The notes under the pieces: model-generated | Told to the model about the DNA's origin: nothing | Databases searched by the model: none | Seen by the model: the letters and a program-made list of their open reading frames with translations, nothing else | Assembly (NCBI RefSeq): GCF_006345805.1 | Contig: NC_043003.1 | Location: forward strand, 61,752,001 to 61,816,000 | Direction: 5' to 3' | DNA: 64,000 bases | Source: Octopus sinensis | Lineage: Eukaryota | Made by a program: the position numbers and the translations under genes | Part shown: piece by piece, positions 37,900 to 51,366 of the stretch | Position numbering within the stretch: position 1 is the stretch's first letter | Layout: the number at the start of each line of letters is the position of its first letter

Positions 37900-38209
37900 C
37901 GATTTGGGATTTGGTTTGCAAGATTCTTTCTGTGAGTTTGTGTGTTGAAGCATATTTTGTTGTGTCTGGGGAGAGTCATTCTCTTTCAGTGCCTTATTAT
38001 TTAACACATGCACTGGTCTGATTTCCACTCATTTACTTACTTATTTTTACTAAACTTTTCGCTGCTTTTTGCAACCTTTTCAATAGTCTATTAAAAAGGT
38101 TGCAAGATGCAACGAAAATTTTAGGAAAATGAGTGGAAACTTTACCAGTGAGTGTGTTAAATAACAAGGCACTAAAAGAGAATGACTCTCCCCAGACACA
38201 ACAAAATAT
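37900..38209. mobile_element. Fold-back element (~125-bp arms, 1-nt loop)
   Basis: 37952-38086 mirrors 38088-38209; degenerate hammerhead-like GTTGC(N5)GCAAC-GAAA; diverged relative at 41180-41595. Confidence 0.8.
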
Positions 38210-38281
38210 TAATATAGTTATTTATTAAAATTCAACATCTTAAAAGAAATTTAACACTAAGGTAACAAATCAACAACATTC

Positions 38282-39571
38282 TTTTATTCTTTTACTTGTT
38301 TCAGTCATTTGACTGCAGCCATGCTGGAGCACCACCTTTACTCAAGCAAATTGACTCCAGGACTTATTCTTTGGAAGTCTAGTACTTATTTTATCAGTCT
38401 GTTTTGCTGAATGACTAAGTTACTGGGATGCAAACACACCACCATTGGTTGTCAAGCGATGTTGGGGGTACAAACACAGACACACAAACATATACACACA
38501 CATACATATACATATATATCTGTACTTCTTTACTCTAGGAACAGGGAAATAAAGCCTTACAGCAGGGACATAAGATTTGACAGGTACAGGGAGGAATATA
38601 GTAGTGGAACCAAGAAAGAAAGGTCAGGCTTGGCTGAACACCAGTCACATGGGGAGAGAAGAGAGGGAGGTAGAGGCAGAGGGATAGAAAATTTAAGGAG
38701 GGGGCGAGAAAAAAATGAAAGGGACAGAGTGAAGTGAAAGAGGAGGGAAGGTAAGCATGAAGAGAAGGCCAGGAAATGTGAGAGAGGGGGAACAAAAGAA
38801 CGAAGAGTAGAATGAACTAAGTAAGTGTGAAGGGGCTGATAGAAAGAAGGAAAGAATGAAAGAATAGAAAGAATAATAGAGTCGTACAAAATTTAGATAT
38901 ACATATACTTACATATAAGAAACCAAAGTGTATGTATGCCACCATATTTTTGTTTATAAAAGATACAAAAATGGGACAAGAACGCAAAGCATCCAGACAG
39001 TTAGGTGATACAAAAAAGGGACAGCAAAACATCCAGACAGACGATACAAAGAAAACAAGGACGGGTCATTTGGAGTTTTCTTTCCTCAGTCAAGTTCCAG
39101 ATTATCTTTGCAATTTCGGCTGGTTATATTCGAGATTGCTGCAATCTGGCCAGTCCCAAGGAAAAATTAAGCTAAGAGCACTAGATTCCTTAGAAGAAAG
39201 CAGTGAATGTATACATAAACAAGGACGAAAAAAAACGGAGAAATGGTACACAAATACAAATAACAGGACATTAACAACAGGTGTTTTTCGATATATATAT
39301 ATATATATAAAATAAATGCACCCTTTTAAAGCCTAGCCAGGCTCATGGGCTCGGTTTCCCAGTTTCAGTGGCGTATGTCTTCCCCAGCTGGATGGGACAC
39401 CAGTTCATCGCAGCATTACTCATTTTTGCCAGCTGAGTGGACTGGAGCAACGTGAAATGAAGTGTTTTGGTCAAGAAGACAATGTGTTGCCCAGTCCAGG
39501 AATCAAATCCACAATCTTATGATCATGATGCTGACGCCCTAACCACTGAGCCACACGCCTCCACACACACA

Positions 39572-39627
<56 letters not shown>

Positions 39628-39790
39628 GATGGGCTTCTTTCAGTTTCCATCTACAAAATCCACTCACAAGGCTTTGGCCAGCCTGAGGCTATAGTAGAAG
39701 ACACTTACCCAAGGTACCATGCAGTAGGACTGAACCTGGAACCATATGGTTGGTAAGCAAGCTACTTACCACACAGCCACTCCTGCACCT
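38282..39790 (-). mobile_element. SINE family A split by ~1.1 kb of nested insertions
   Basis: 3' half 38282-38520 and 5' half 39628-39790; between them a purine-rich tract, an unclassified element (38890-39290) and a family B SINE (39330-39562). Confidence 0.7.
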
Positions 39791-39855
39791 ATATTGCTGC
39801 AAGAATCTATGTATAATATGCTACCATTTATAATATTGGGGCCTAAATTGTCTTT

Positions 39856-40084
39856 TTAACACTTTTATTACTATATTTCTTTTGAAATACTCTGGTTTTA
39901 TTGCACTTAATTTTCAGAATAATGAAAAATTTATTAAAATGACTTTGTCCATATCAAGCTGTTGTTTGGAACATAAATTAATGTGAAATATTGACAAGGT
40001 TTTAATTTAGACCACTTCAAAACAGGAAGTTTGCACTATAGAACCAGGGACTGGTCTTGGGTAGGTTGGTGTCAAAAGGGTTAA
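39856..40084. mobile_element. Second piggyBac-like MITE
   Basis: TTAA at both ends; GGTGTCAAAAGGG-TTAA versus the diverged TTAA-CACTTTTATTAC. Confidence 0.5.
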
Positions 40085-40919
40085 TTTATGCGCATAATGT
40101 AATGTTGCATAAATGGTACAAGAGTGTGTGAACTATTTTGATCTCAATATATTAGTTTGTGAAAACATGTGGCTTAGTGCTTAGGGTATTCAGCTCATGA
40201 TCATAAGGCCATGAGTTCAATTCTTGGCAGCACATTATGACCTTGAGCGAGATACTTTATTTCATGTTGGTCCAGTCCACTCAGCTGGCAAATATGTAGT
40301 ACCTGTATTTCAAAGGGTCAGCCTTGTCACATTCTGTGTCAAGCTGAATCTCCCTCAGAACAAGATTAAGGGTATGTATGCCTGTGGAGTGCTCAGCCAC
40401 TTGCACATTAATTTCCCAAGCAGTCCACTCTGTAGGGTGGTTGGTGTTTGGAAGGGCATCCACCAGTAAAAACCATGCCAAAACTGACTCAGAAATTTGG
40501 TGCAGTCTTCTGTCTGGCCAACTCATGTCAAACCACCCAACTGATGCCAGCATGGAAAGCAGATGTTAAACAATGATGATTATGATGATTTTATTTTCTT
40601 GATTGAGTCAACTGAAACTCTCACCATCGTAAGCGACGGAGAGCCAAAGAGAAGAATAGATTAGTTTTTAATATTTCAGTTTAGATAAAATGGATTTGTA
40701 TATAATAAAAAAGTTAATCTAAGGCAATAAAATTTATTACATTAGCATTTTACCTTAATAAAAGCAGGCAAGAAAAATATTTGCTATCAAATACTATGTG
40801 TTAGATGCACTTCTAATTTGAATCTTGATTTTAGTAAAAAAGAGTGCCTTAAACATGGAGTTTTATGGGAGATTATAGTAATACTGCTAGATGAATATGG
40901 GTTACCTCTTGTTAGATTA

Positions 40920-43303
40920 ATATGGGCCACCTCTTGTTAGAAGTAAAGAAAATGGATGTGTTTGGAGCCAACACCTCTACAAAAAGCAGAGCTAAAGAAG
41001 CATCAATGACAATTTAAAACCAACAAAGGCTGGAAGAAGAAGGCCTAACCACATCTCATGTCACAGTAACAGCTTCAAGAAACTTATCCATATGCCAACA
41101 GCAAGTTGATACATGTTTCTAAAATCAGCTCCCAAAATTGCGCAACAAAGACATAGATCCCAAATACAGGATATCTGATTGTTTTTGTATTTGACTTGCA
41201 AGATACTTGATGTGAACTTGCATATTAAATATATTTTTTTGGTATCTTAGGAGGGTCATTATGTCATGGGTTCTGTTTACTTCTTCAATTATTATTAGTC
41301 AACTAGTTACCCATTTAACTAATTAACTAGTCGATTGTTTGACTAACTGTTCAGTCAATCAATGAGCTAAGTTTGTCAAAGCCCTTTCATTGCCATTTGT
41401 GACCTTATCAATGACATGTCATCTCTATTCCAACTCTCTTCAGTAATGTCTGTCACCTAGCTGATTGGTTGATTTACTGAATAATTAATCAAACAATCCA
41501 TTATTTAATTGGGTAAAGAGTTAAGCAATTAATAATAAAAGAAGTGAAATAGAACCAGTGTATGTGTGTGTTTATTAATGGCATGATGACCCAGATATAT
41601 TGATTAATTAATGATTTCTTCAAAGGCACAAGACCAAAGATTTAGGTGAAGGGGTTCATTGATTAAGATGATTCCAATACTTAAACAGTACTTTACCTTA
41701 TTAATTCTGGAAGGATGAAAAGCAAAGCTGACCTTGTTGGAATTTGAATTCAGAATGAAGAGAGCCAGAAAAAATATAAGGCATTTTCATTATTTCTAAC
41801 ACCCTGAATATTTTGCCAATAATTCACTCTAAAAATTGACTTCAGTATTTGACTGGTACTTCATTTATTAATGAAGGCATATGGTCAGTTGGTTCAGGTA
41901 TTCAACTCACAATTGTAATGTCATGAGTTTGCTACACAGTTATGCCTTGTGTCCTTGAGCAAGTCACTTTATTTCACATTACTCCTGTCAACTCAGCTGG
42001 CAAAAATAAGTTTATTATCATTTAACATTTATTGTCCATGCTGAGTTGGATGGTGACATGGATTGGACAGTTGTACCTGTAATTCAAAGGACTAGCTTTG
42101 TAACATTCTGTCATGCTGAACCTCCCTGAGAGTAGGATTTTGTTAGGGTATGTGCATTTGTGGAGTATTCAGTCTCTTGCAAGTTAATTGCATGAGCTGG
42201 CTGTTCCAGTTAATCAGATCACTTTGAACTCTCATTGTCATCACAACCAACAGAATGCTAACTATTTATCAACCTCCAAAGAGACGAATGGACACAAAGC
42301 ACCATCTGGTCCAATGATTGAACCCTTGACATCACAGCTATTAGGCCAACACCTTAACCACTTGGCCAAGCACTTTCACATCATTGATATTTCAGTGTAC
42401 GTATATATATATATATTCAGCTGAATTATTGCAGAAACTTCCCAAAATACATCCCATAAAGTAAACACAAGAAATATAAACCAAATTATACAACAGATAT
42501 TTGCAATTCTCATAAACTCGAGAGACTGCCTGAAACACAACATACTAGCCTGAGTTCAACAGAAATATAAGTCAACATTTAACAATTAAACAAGAAAATA
42601 ATAAATAATGTCAGAGAATGGACAAATGTTTATATTCTACACAAGCTTCAAAACAAGTCGTATAATATGATACAAAGTAATTAGGATAATCAACAATACT
42701 GGGAACCTGTAAATAGTCATTCCTTCTGCTAGAAATTGCTGTCAAATCTCACTCAAATTACACTCTTGACCTGAATATAGTAATTCTTTCTGTTAGAAAT
42801 AGCTGTCAAATTGCACTCAAATTACACTCTATTGTCTTAGAGAAGGCCATATTATCCTACACATAGCTGTAAAAAAAGATGAGATGGTCATGGCTGGAAT
42901 AGCTTTGATTAGAGATCTGACCAGATGCTAAACTTAACATCAACAGCAACAACAATAAATTGGGTGAATTAATGACCCCGAGGGCTCTGCAAATGGAGAT
43001 AGGGTTTCCCATGCTGAACAGGTCAAAGAATAGAGGCCAAATTAATATGAGCCACCTCTTGTTAAAAGTAAAGAAAAATAGGTTGGTGCAGGGCCAACAC
43101 CTCTACAAAAAGCAAAGTTAAAGAAACATCAATGACAATTCAAAACTAACAAAAGCTGGAAGAGGAAGGCCTAACCACATCTCATGTCATAGTCACAGCT
43201 TCAAGAAACTTATCCATACTCCAACAGTAAGTTGATACATGTTTGTAAAATCAGCTCCCAAAATTGCACAACAAAGACAAAACCCCAAATACAGAACATC
43301 TGA
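40920..43303 (+). repeat. Pair of ~260-bp direct repeats (40920-41178 and 43044-43303)
   Basis: Collinear alignment from ATATGRGCCACCTCTTGTTA to CCCAAATACAGRAYATCTGA. Confidence 0.9.
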
Positions 43304-44210
43304 CTTGCACCTTGGCCATTACTTTGACTCTTTCCTTCCATCAAGTACCAGAAAAGCACTAGTGAAATTAAAAATCTTAAAATTATTTGGATGCAATGAA
43401 ATCACAATCATATACTTAAAACACATAAGGTCTGGTGCAGTAATGAATGCATTCTCTAATATTTTCAATGAAGGCATGTGACTTAGTAATTAGAGCGTTT
43501 GGCTCACAAGTGTGAGGTTGTAAGATCAATTCCTGGTGATGTGTTGTGTCCTTGAGCAAGACACTTTATTTCATGTTGCTACAGTCCACTCAGCTGGCAA
43601 AAGTGAGTCGTACCTGTATGTCAAAGGGCCAGCTTTGTCACATTCTGTATCATGTTGAATCTTCCTGATAACTACATTAAGGGTATTCATATCTGTGGAG
43701 TGCTCAGCCACTTGTACATTAATTAAATGAGCAGGTTATTCTGTTGATAAGTTCAACTGGAACCCTTATCATCAAAATCGATTGAGTTCCAGAATCTGAT
43801 AAGATGGGAAGAAATATTTTGAAAACCTAACAAAACCTCATTCAAAGTAGAAACATACAGAAAGAACTTTCATCCTCTTTTGCAAAGCCTAAAAATTTTT
43901 AGTAAAGCTCATCCTTGACATCACTAATTCATGCACTCCTTTTTCTATCTCACAGCTTGGATTTAATCCTTTAGCATTTAAACTGGTCATATTTGGACCA
44001 AATATTCTACCTTTGTTATGTGTAAACTGGCCAAAATTGGCTTCTCTCACCTACCCTACAATGTGATTTTATGTTCTCGTCTCTCGTTGTGTTCTACGTT
44101 TATTTGTGGTGTCCTGTACTCATATATATATATGTATGCATGTATATATACATGTAAATGTAAGTATGTACATATATGTATGTATATATGCATATATTTT
44201 ATTTATATAT

Positions 44211-44250
<40 letters not shown>

Positions 44251-45754
44251 GCAAATTGTATTGATAACCAGCTGGAGGAGGCTGTTCCTGGGGTTAAAAA
44301 CAGTAGTTACATCAAACATCTACATTGATGTGGCAATAAACATTACTTTCATCTCTTATAGAGATTTTCCAACTAGCTACTTTGCTTGTTAAACACACAC
44401 ACACACACACACACACAGATGATGGGCTTCTTTCAGTTTTCTGTCTACCAAGATACCATGCAGTGGAACTGAACCCAAGACCACTTGATTGGGAAGCAGT
44501 GCTTATAAATACATTAAAAGCAAAAGATAAACTTTTAGAATCTGCGAGTGGAACAATGAAAACCTTTATTAGAAATAAATGTTTTTAATCTCAAACTTAG
44601 CCAAGACATATCTATAAAACAACTAGAGGGATCAAAATAATGGATGAAACACCAATGATTAAGATATATAATTATCTATTGCATTTCACTTAAAAACATT
44701 GAACCAAATGTTCAACTATATTAAAGAAAAAATGTTAATAAACATAATTTTCTTTTATAAATTTGTGAAATTTTCATTACATAATAAACATTTTCTTGCA
44801 GATATATTTCAGAACACAGATAAATGTAGTTTACATATGTAACCTAGTGAAGTGCAAATAGTTTTACAATAAAACATTTATAGGTTAAAGCAATTAGAGG
44901 AAAGAAATACAATGAATGCAAGATAAGCAGATTTCATAATTTATTGATAAATGTAAAAAGGGTGTAATTGATATCTATTTCAAATTGCTGTGATAGGATA
45001 AAATTTCAGTTCCTTTAAAAAATTCACTAGAGTTCATAACTCTCTCGCTAATGTTTCCCCTCTTTTGCTATGTCAAAAACACATTATTATGCAAATATTC
45101 ATAGAATATTTTATCGGATGAACAGATGGTGTAACTTACTGGAGATGTCAAATTTAAAATTCTTCAGAAATTGTATTTTAATGAGAGTTATATTTCTGTT
45201 GAATTTATGATGGCATTTAATAAATGCATTTTAAATTAAATACCTTGTTTGCATATTTTATAAGGTGTATCATTATATTTAGATATATGCAGTCATTGGA
45301 CTGTAGCCATGCTGGAGCACTCACTACCATGAATGGTTTTAGTCAAACAAATTGCCCTCAAGAACTTTTTTCCTTTTAAAAAAGTCTCATGCTTATTCTG
45401 TTGGTATCTTTTCCCAAACTGTTAAGTTAAGGGGACGTAAACAAACCAACATTTTGTGGGGACAGACATAAATACAAGAACAAGTGATATGTTGTTCTAG
45501 AGAAAACTTATCAAACCAAGTGAAATTGTAGTCATGGCCATTGATGGCGTCATGTAAATGGCACCCGTGCTGGTGGCACATATAGAACAACTATTATGCT
45601 CCTGAAGTAGTTGGCATTACAAAGGGTATCAAGCCTTAGAAACCATGCTAAATCAGACCAGAACCTTGTGCAGGTCTTTTGTTTACCAGTTCCAGTCAAA
45701 TCATATAACCCATGCCAGCATGGAAAGCAGACCTTAACTGATTATGATGAGGAT

Positions 45755-45785
<31 letters not shown>

Positions 45786-46527
45786 GGATGATGAGGATGA
45801 TCATGATCATCATCTTCATCGTTTAACGTCCACTTTCCATGCTGGCATGGGTTGGACGATTTGACTGAAGACTGGCAAACCAGATGGCTGCACCAGGCTC
45901 CAATCTGATCTGGCAGAGTTTCTACAGTTCGATGCCCTTCCAAACACCAACCACTCTGAGAGTGTAGTGGGTGCTTTTACATGCCACAGGCATGAGAGCC
46001 AGTCAGGCGGTACTGGCAATAGCCACATTCAAATGTTGCTTTTTACTTGTCACCTGCACAGGAGCCAGTCCAGTGGCACTGGCAACAACCTTGCTCGAAT
46101 GTTTTTCACGTGCCATCAGCTCAAGTGCCAGTAAGACAACGCTGGTAATGATCACACTCGAATGGTGCTTTTTATGTGCCACTGGCACAGAAGCCAGTCA
46201 GCTGCTCTGGCAATGATCACGCTATATATATATATATATATTAGTATGTGTGTGTGTGTGTGTGTATGTGTACATATGTGTGAGTGTGTGTGTGTACATG
46301 TGTGTAGTGTGTGTGTGTGTCATTGTTCTGAATAGTACTATGACCCTCCCTGCCACCCCATCCCATGCCCATTGCCACTGTTGTTGGCCTTGGCCCTGAC
46401 TTTTAGTACCATTCCTGTATCTCTCAGTGACAGTATCTGTTTCAATACATGATTTCATATCTGTGATCTTGCAACACAAATTCATAAACATAATATATAT
46501 ATTATATATGCATATATATACTATATA

Positions 46528-46580
<53 letters not shown>

Positions 46581-46669
46581 TTATATATATATATATACAT
46601 AATATACATACATACATATATATGTATGTATATATGCAATAATTTATATATTGTTTATATTATATGATT

Positions 46670-47410
46670 GAATGCCATGCATCCTTTTCCAAGTAAGTTT
46701 TATCTCAATAATTATGATGCGCACTCTTCAACTTTACTATTTCTTCTTTGTCTATCTCTCTCCCTCTCTTGTTCTTCATCCTTTCTGGTTTTCTCTCTCC
46801 CACCCTTCCCTATTCGTCTCCTCTCCCCTTCACCATTCCCTCTCTCTTATTCCTCCTCCTCCTCAACTCTCGTCACTGACACGTGATCAGAGGGAAGCCA
46901 ATTTTTCTAACTGTTATCTTCACCAAAGCCAGACCACTTATCCTGTCTCTCTCGTAAGCTGTCTCCTTGAGCGTTCACAATAATTTTTCCATTGTCTTGG
47001 CTTAACAGCCCTCATCATTTGTTTTCACTGTGTTATTCTTTTTGTTCTGTCTTTTACTGTTTTTACTTTTATTGTTTTCATTGTCTTGTTTTCTTCTTAC
47101 TGTCCTGTTCTTGTTACCACTTTTACCCCTCTGCAAAAAATCCCAAATTTATTCAATTTGCTTTGCAGGAAGGATTGTTTCAATGAAGTCGTGTCTTGTC
47201 CTTACCTTCAAAATGCAGAGTAGACAAAACAGAGACAACTGAAGAAGGGGAATATTCCTTGTACTCTGTGTTTTCGTTGTTTGAAAAAAAGTTCGTTTCC
47301 ATGTTTTTGTTTTTATGTCTTCGCTTCTCATTGTGTTTAACATTTTTTTGATGTCCTGTACCCATATATGATATGTATATATACATATAGATGTAGGTAT
47401 GTACGTATAT
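46670..47410 (+). mobile_element. Unclassified (possibly Penelope-like) non-coding element between TA tracts
   Basis: Pyrimidine-rich body; CTGAAGA-AGGGGAATATTCCTT half-hammerhead near 47239; T-rich 3' part. Confidence 0.4.
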
Positions 47411-47432
47411 GTATGTATATATACATATACTT

Positions 47433-47663
47433 ACTCTTTTACTTGTTTCAGTCATTTGACTGCGGCCATGCTGGAGCACTGCCTTTAGTCGAGCAAATCG
47501 ACCCCGGGACTTATTCTTTGTAAGCCCAGTACTTATTCTATTGGTCTCTTTTGCTGAACTGCTAAGTGACGGGGACATAAACACACCAGCATCGGTTGTC
47601 AAGCAATGCTAGGGGGACAAACACATACACAGAAACACATACACACACACTTATATATATATG

Positions 47664-47716
<53 letters not shown>

Positions 47717-47850
47717 TACGACAGGCTTCTTTCAGTTTCTGTCTACCAAATCCACTCACAAGGCTTTGGTCGGCCCAGGGCTAAAGCAGAAGACACTTGC
47801 CTTGCAGTGGGACTGAACCCGGAACCATGTGGCTGGTTAGCAAGCTACTA
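47433..47850 (-). mobile_element. SINE family A
   Basis: Near-identical to 511-730 plus 1497-1640. Confidence 0.9.
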
Positions 47851-47933
47851 TATTATTTATATTATATACATGCATATACTTATATATTATTTATATTATA
47901 TACATACATACACTTATATATTATTTATATTAT

Positions 47934-47973
<40 letters not shown>

Positions 47974-48721
47974 TCATCATCATCATCATCGATTAACGAC
48001 CGTTTTCCGCGCTAGCACGGGTTGGACGGTTTCGACCGGGGTCTGGGGAGCTAGGGACTGCCCCAGGCTCCAGTCTGGTCTGGCAGTGTTTCTACAGCTG
48101 GATGCCCTTCCTAACGCCAACCACTCCGCAAGTGTAGTGGGTGCTTTTTACGTGCCACCTGCACAGGTGCCAGAGGGGTCTGGCATCGGCCACGTTCGGA
48201 TGGTGCTTTTTATGTGGGGGGGGGGCCGAAATTTAGTGGAGCACCAGTGGGGAGGGGTGGTTCAGAGAAATGATGACAGGTTCTAGGCAAGTAGAACGTA
48301 GGATATTAAGAGAGGGGTAATGCATGGTGAAATAGCGTATTGAAGAGGGGGGGTTCGAAGAGTAGACACCTATAATGGTGGTGGGAGAAGCGACATCCGG
48401 TATAGATGGAGCAAAAATATAGAGATATCCGTTATTGGTGGTGGGGGTGGGCAGGGCGGGTGCACCGCGAAGATACGAAGGTAGACGAGAGGAGAGATGA
48501 ATAAAATTAGATAAAATAGATAGATATATAGATAGATAGAGAAATTTGATAAAATAGTTAGATAGATAGAGAAACATGACTGGTCAGTGAGAAGTGAAAA
48601 ATAAGCATTCAAACTTATCTTATCTGCACTCGGGATTATAGCTTGTAGATGAATGAGAGAGAGAGCACATGTGTATTAGAGGGGACAGACTTCAAGATGG
48701 CGCGAAGATACGAAGGTAGAC

Positions 48722-49074
<353 letters not shown>

Positions 49075-49679
49075 CAGACTTTTTCAGTTTCCATCTACAC
49101 GATCAACTGATAAGGTTGTAGTCAGCTGAGGGCTATAGTAGAACATGCCTATCCAAGGGGTGTCACACAGTGGGATTGAATCCAAAACGTGTTGGGAGGC
49201 AAACTTCTTACTACGCAGCCATGCTTGCATCTATGTGCAGTAAAACAATAGTCATGAGAAATTACTCCAAGTCTGTTAGTAGCAACACATATAATTGTTC
49301 AGTTAGGCATGCAGTCTACGAGAAATATCAATTTCAGAATGTTGAAGGAAGAATTTTATATTCTTAGACCGAATATATTGCTCTGTATAGTTCTAAGCAC
49401 AGACACAGTAGTATGATTAAGAAGTCTGCTTTGAATTCATGTGGTTCCAGGTTCAATGTCATTCTATGGCACCTTGTGCAAGTATTTTCTGCCTCAGCAT
49501 TGGCTTGACCAATGCTTTGTAAGAAGAATTTGGTTGACAAGTTTTTTGTTGAGCTATCTTATCTTGTCTGTCTATCTATTTATCTATATATCTGTCTGTC
49601 TGTTTTTACATTCATACAGACATATATACAGACATATATAGGCACAGGAGTGGCTGTGTGGTAAGTAGATTGCTTACCA

Positions 49680-50025
49680 TACAGTCACTTTTTTTGAGCC
49701 CCAGATTGCAGTTGCAGGAATGCCTGCAAGTTGCAAGAAAATTGCTCAAGAGGTTTATCACCTCCAATTTGTGTATAAATTATGTTTTGTATTTGTGTGG
49801 ACTTTTGATTCCAAATATAATGTATTTTAAATTGTAAGAGGGTCAATACCTCTGTATATGTGTTTTTAAAGAACAATGTTTTAGAGAAGCAGAGGGTTAG
49901 CGGGCACTTTCTGTCTTCTCCCTTCCTTATCATCTTGTATTATTATCATTCACATCATCAATGTCTTGTCTAGCCCGCAAAGCCACCCATCATTGTACTG
50001 CCTCTATGGCAAATGAAATTAATAA
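49680..50025 (+). mobile_element. 346-bp retroposed insert inside a SINE head
   Basis: 17-bp TSD AAGTAG(A/C)TTGCTTACCA at 49663-49679 and 50026-50042; ends in AATAAA; host family A SINE spans 49640-50411. Confidence 0.85.
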
Positions 50026-50632
50026 AAGTAGCTTGCTTACCAACCACATGGTTCCGGGTTCAGTCCCACTGCATGGTACCTTGGGCAAGTGTCTTCTACT
50101 ATAACCTTGGGGCAACCAAAGCCTTGTGAGTGAATATGGCAGACGGAAACTGAAAGAAGCCTGTCATATATATGTATATGTATATATATGTGTGTGTGTG
50201 TTGTGTGTGTGTGTTTGTCCCCCCCCCCAACAATGCTTAACAACCAATGCTGGTGTGTTTACGTCCCCGTAACATAGTGGTTCAGCAAAAGAGACCAATA
50301 GAATAAGTACTAGGCTTACAAAGAATAAGTCCTGGGGTTGATTTGCTCAACTAAAGGTAGTGCTCCAGCATGACCGTGGTCAATGACTGAAACCAGTAAA
50401 AGAGTAAAGAGTATATCTGTTTGATGCAGATCAAACTCATTAGGCACCAGCAAATCTGCAACAGACATGGACACCCTCTGTATATTTTCACTTGTGAGGC
50501 CAAACCAAAAAGTATGAATATATATATTTGGGCAAGTGTCTTCTACAATAGCCTCAAGCTGACCAAAGCCTTGTGAGTGGATTTGGTAGATAGAAGCTGA
50601 AAGAAACCTATCATATATATATATATATATAT

Positions 50633-50846
50633 AAGGATAAGATCGTTAATTTAAAATAAAATAACGATTTTATCAAGTGGCCAGCATAGAAAAAATAATC
50701 TTCAAAGGTAATAATTATCAAAATTATAAATTAGGGTATCTACGAGATACCACCATGCGATATGGAAAATTGAGGTTGTTTTAGAGTCAGATCATGGCTG
50801 CTATTTTCAGCATTGTGGTATCTCGTAGATACCCTAATTTATAATT
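50633..50846. mobile_element. Small fold-back element in (TA)n
   Basis: 37-bp arms 50722-50758 and 50810-50846 (one mismatch); terminal hairpin 50636-50674. Confidence 0.8.
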
Positions 50847-50914
50847 ATATATATATATATATAAGCAATAATAAATCTCTGAACGAGATGTAAACAGTAA
50901 CTGCATGACAATGT

Positions 50915-51307
50915 AAGGTATACTAGCCATCTCAATATGGCTAACCACTAAGGGTGGGTGTTACTGTAGCTTGTAGCCTCAGGAGATCATCGTCTCCAGC
51001 TGGTTTTAGGCACACTTTATGTGCCCTTATGGTATTTGCAAAGGGAGGTCATCCCTCCCTCGTCAACCTAAGTGATACGCACGGACTGCAGTTTCTAGGT
51101 ATTTGCCTGTCTTCGGCATACAGCAATCACCGGTTGTCCGTGCGTATCACTTAGGTTGACGAGGGAGGGATGACCTCCCTTTGCAAATACCATAAGGGCA
51201 CAGAAAGTGTGCCTAAAGCCAGCTGGAGAAGATGATCTCCTGGGGCTACAAGCTACAGTAACACCCACTCTTAGTGGTTAGCCATATTGAGATGGCTAGT
51301 ATACCTT
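50915..51307. repeat. Long palindrome (172-bp arms, 49-nt spacer)
   Basis: 50915-51086 mirrors 51136-51307 with few mismatches; abuts (TA)n. Confidence 0.95.
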
Positions 51308-51312
51308 TTATA

Positions 51313-51352
<40 letters not shown>

Positions 51353-51366
51353 TATATATATATATA

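Noticed and set aside
39080-39170. Possible minus-strand hammerhead (…CCAGCCGAAA)
   Set aside because: A stem and GAAA are present but no CUGANGA box.
51155-51190. TTGACGA-GGGAGG(N5)CCTCCC as a hammerhead
   Set aside because: The stem is followed by TTTGC rather than GAAA, so the core is incomplete.
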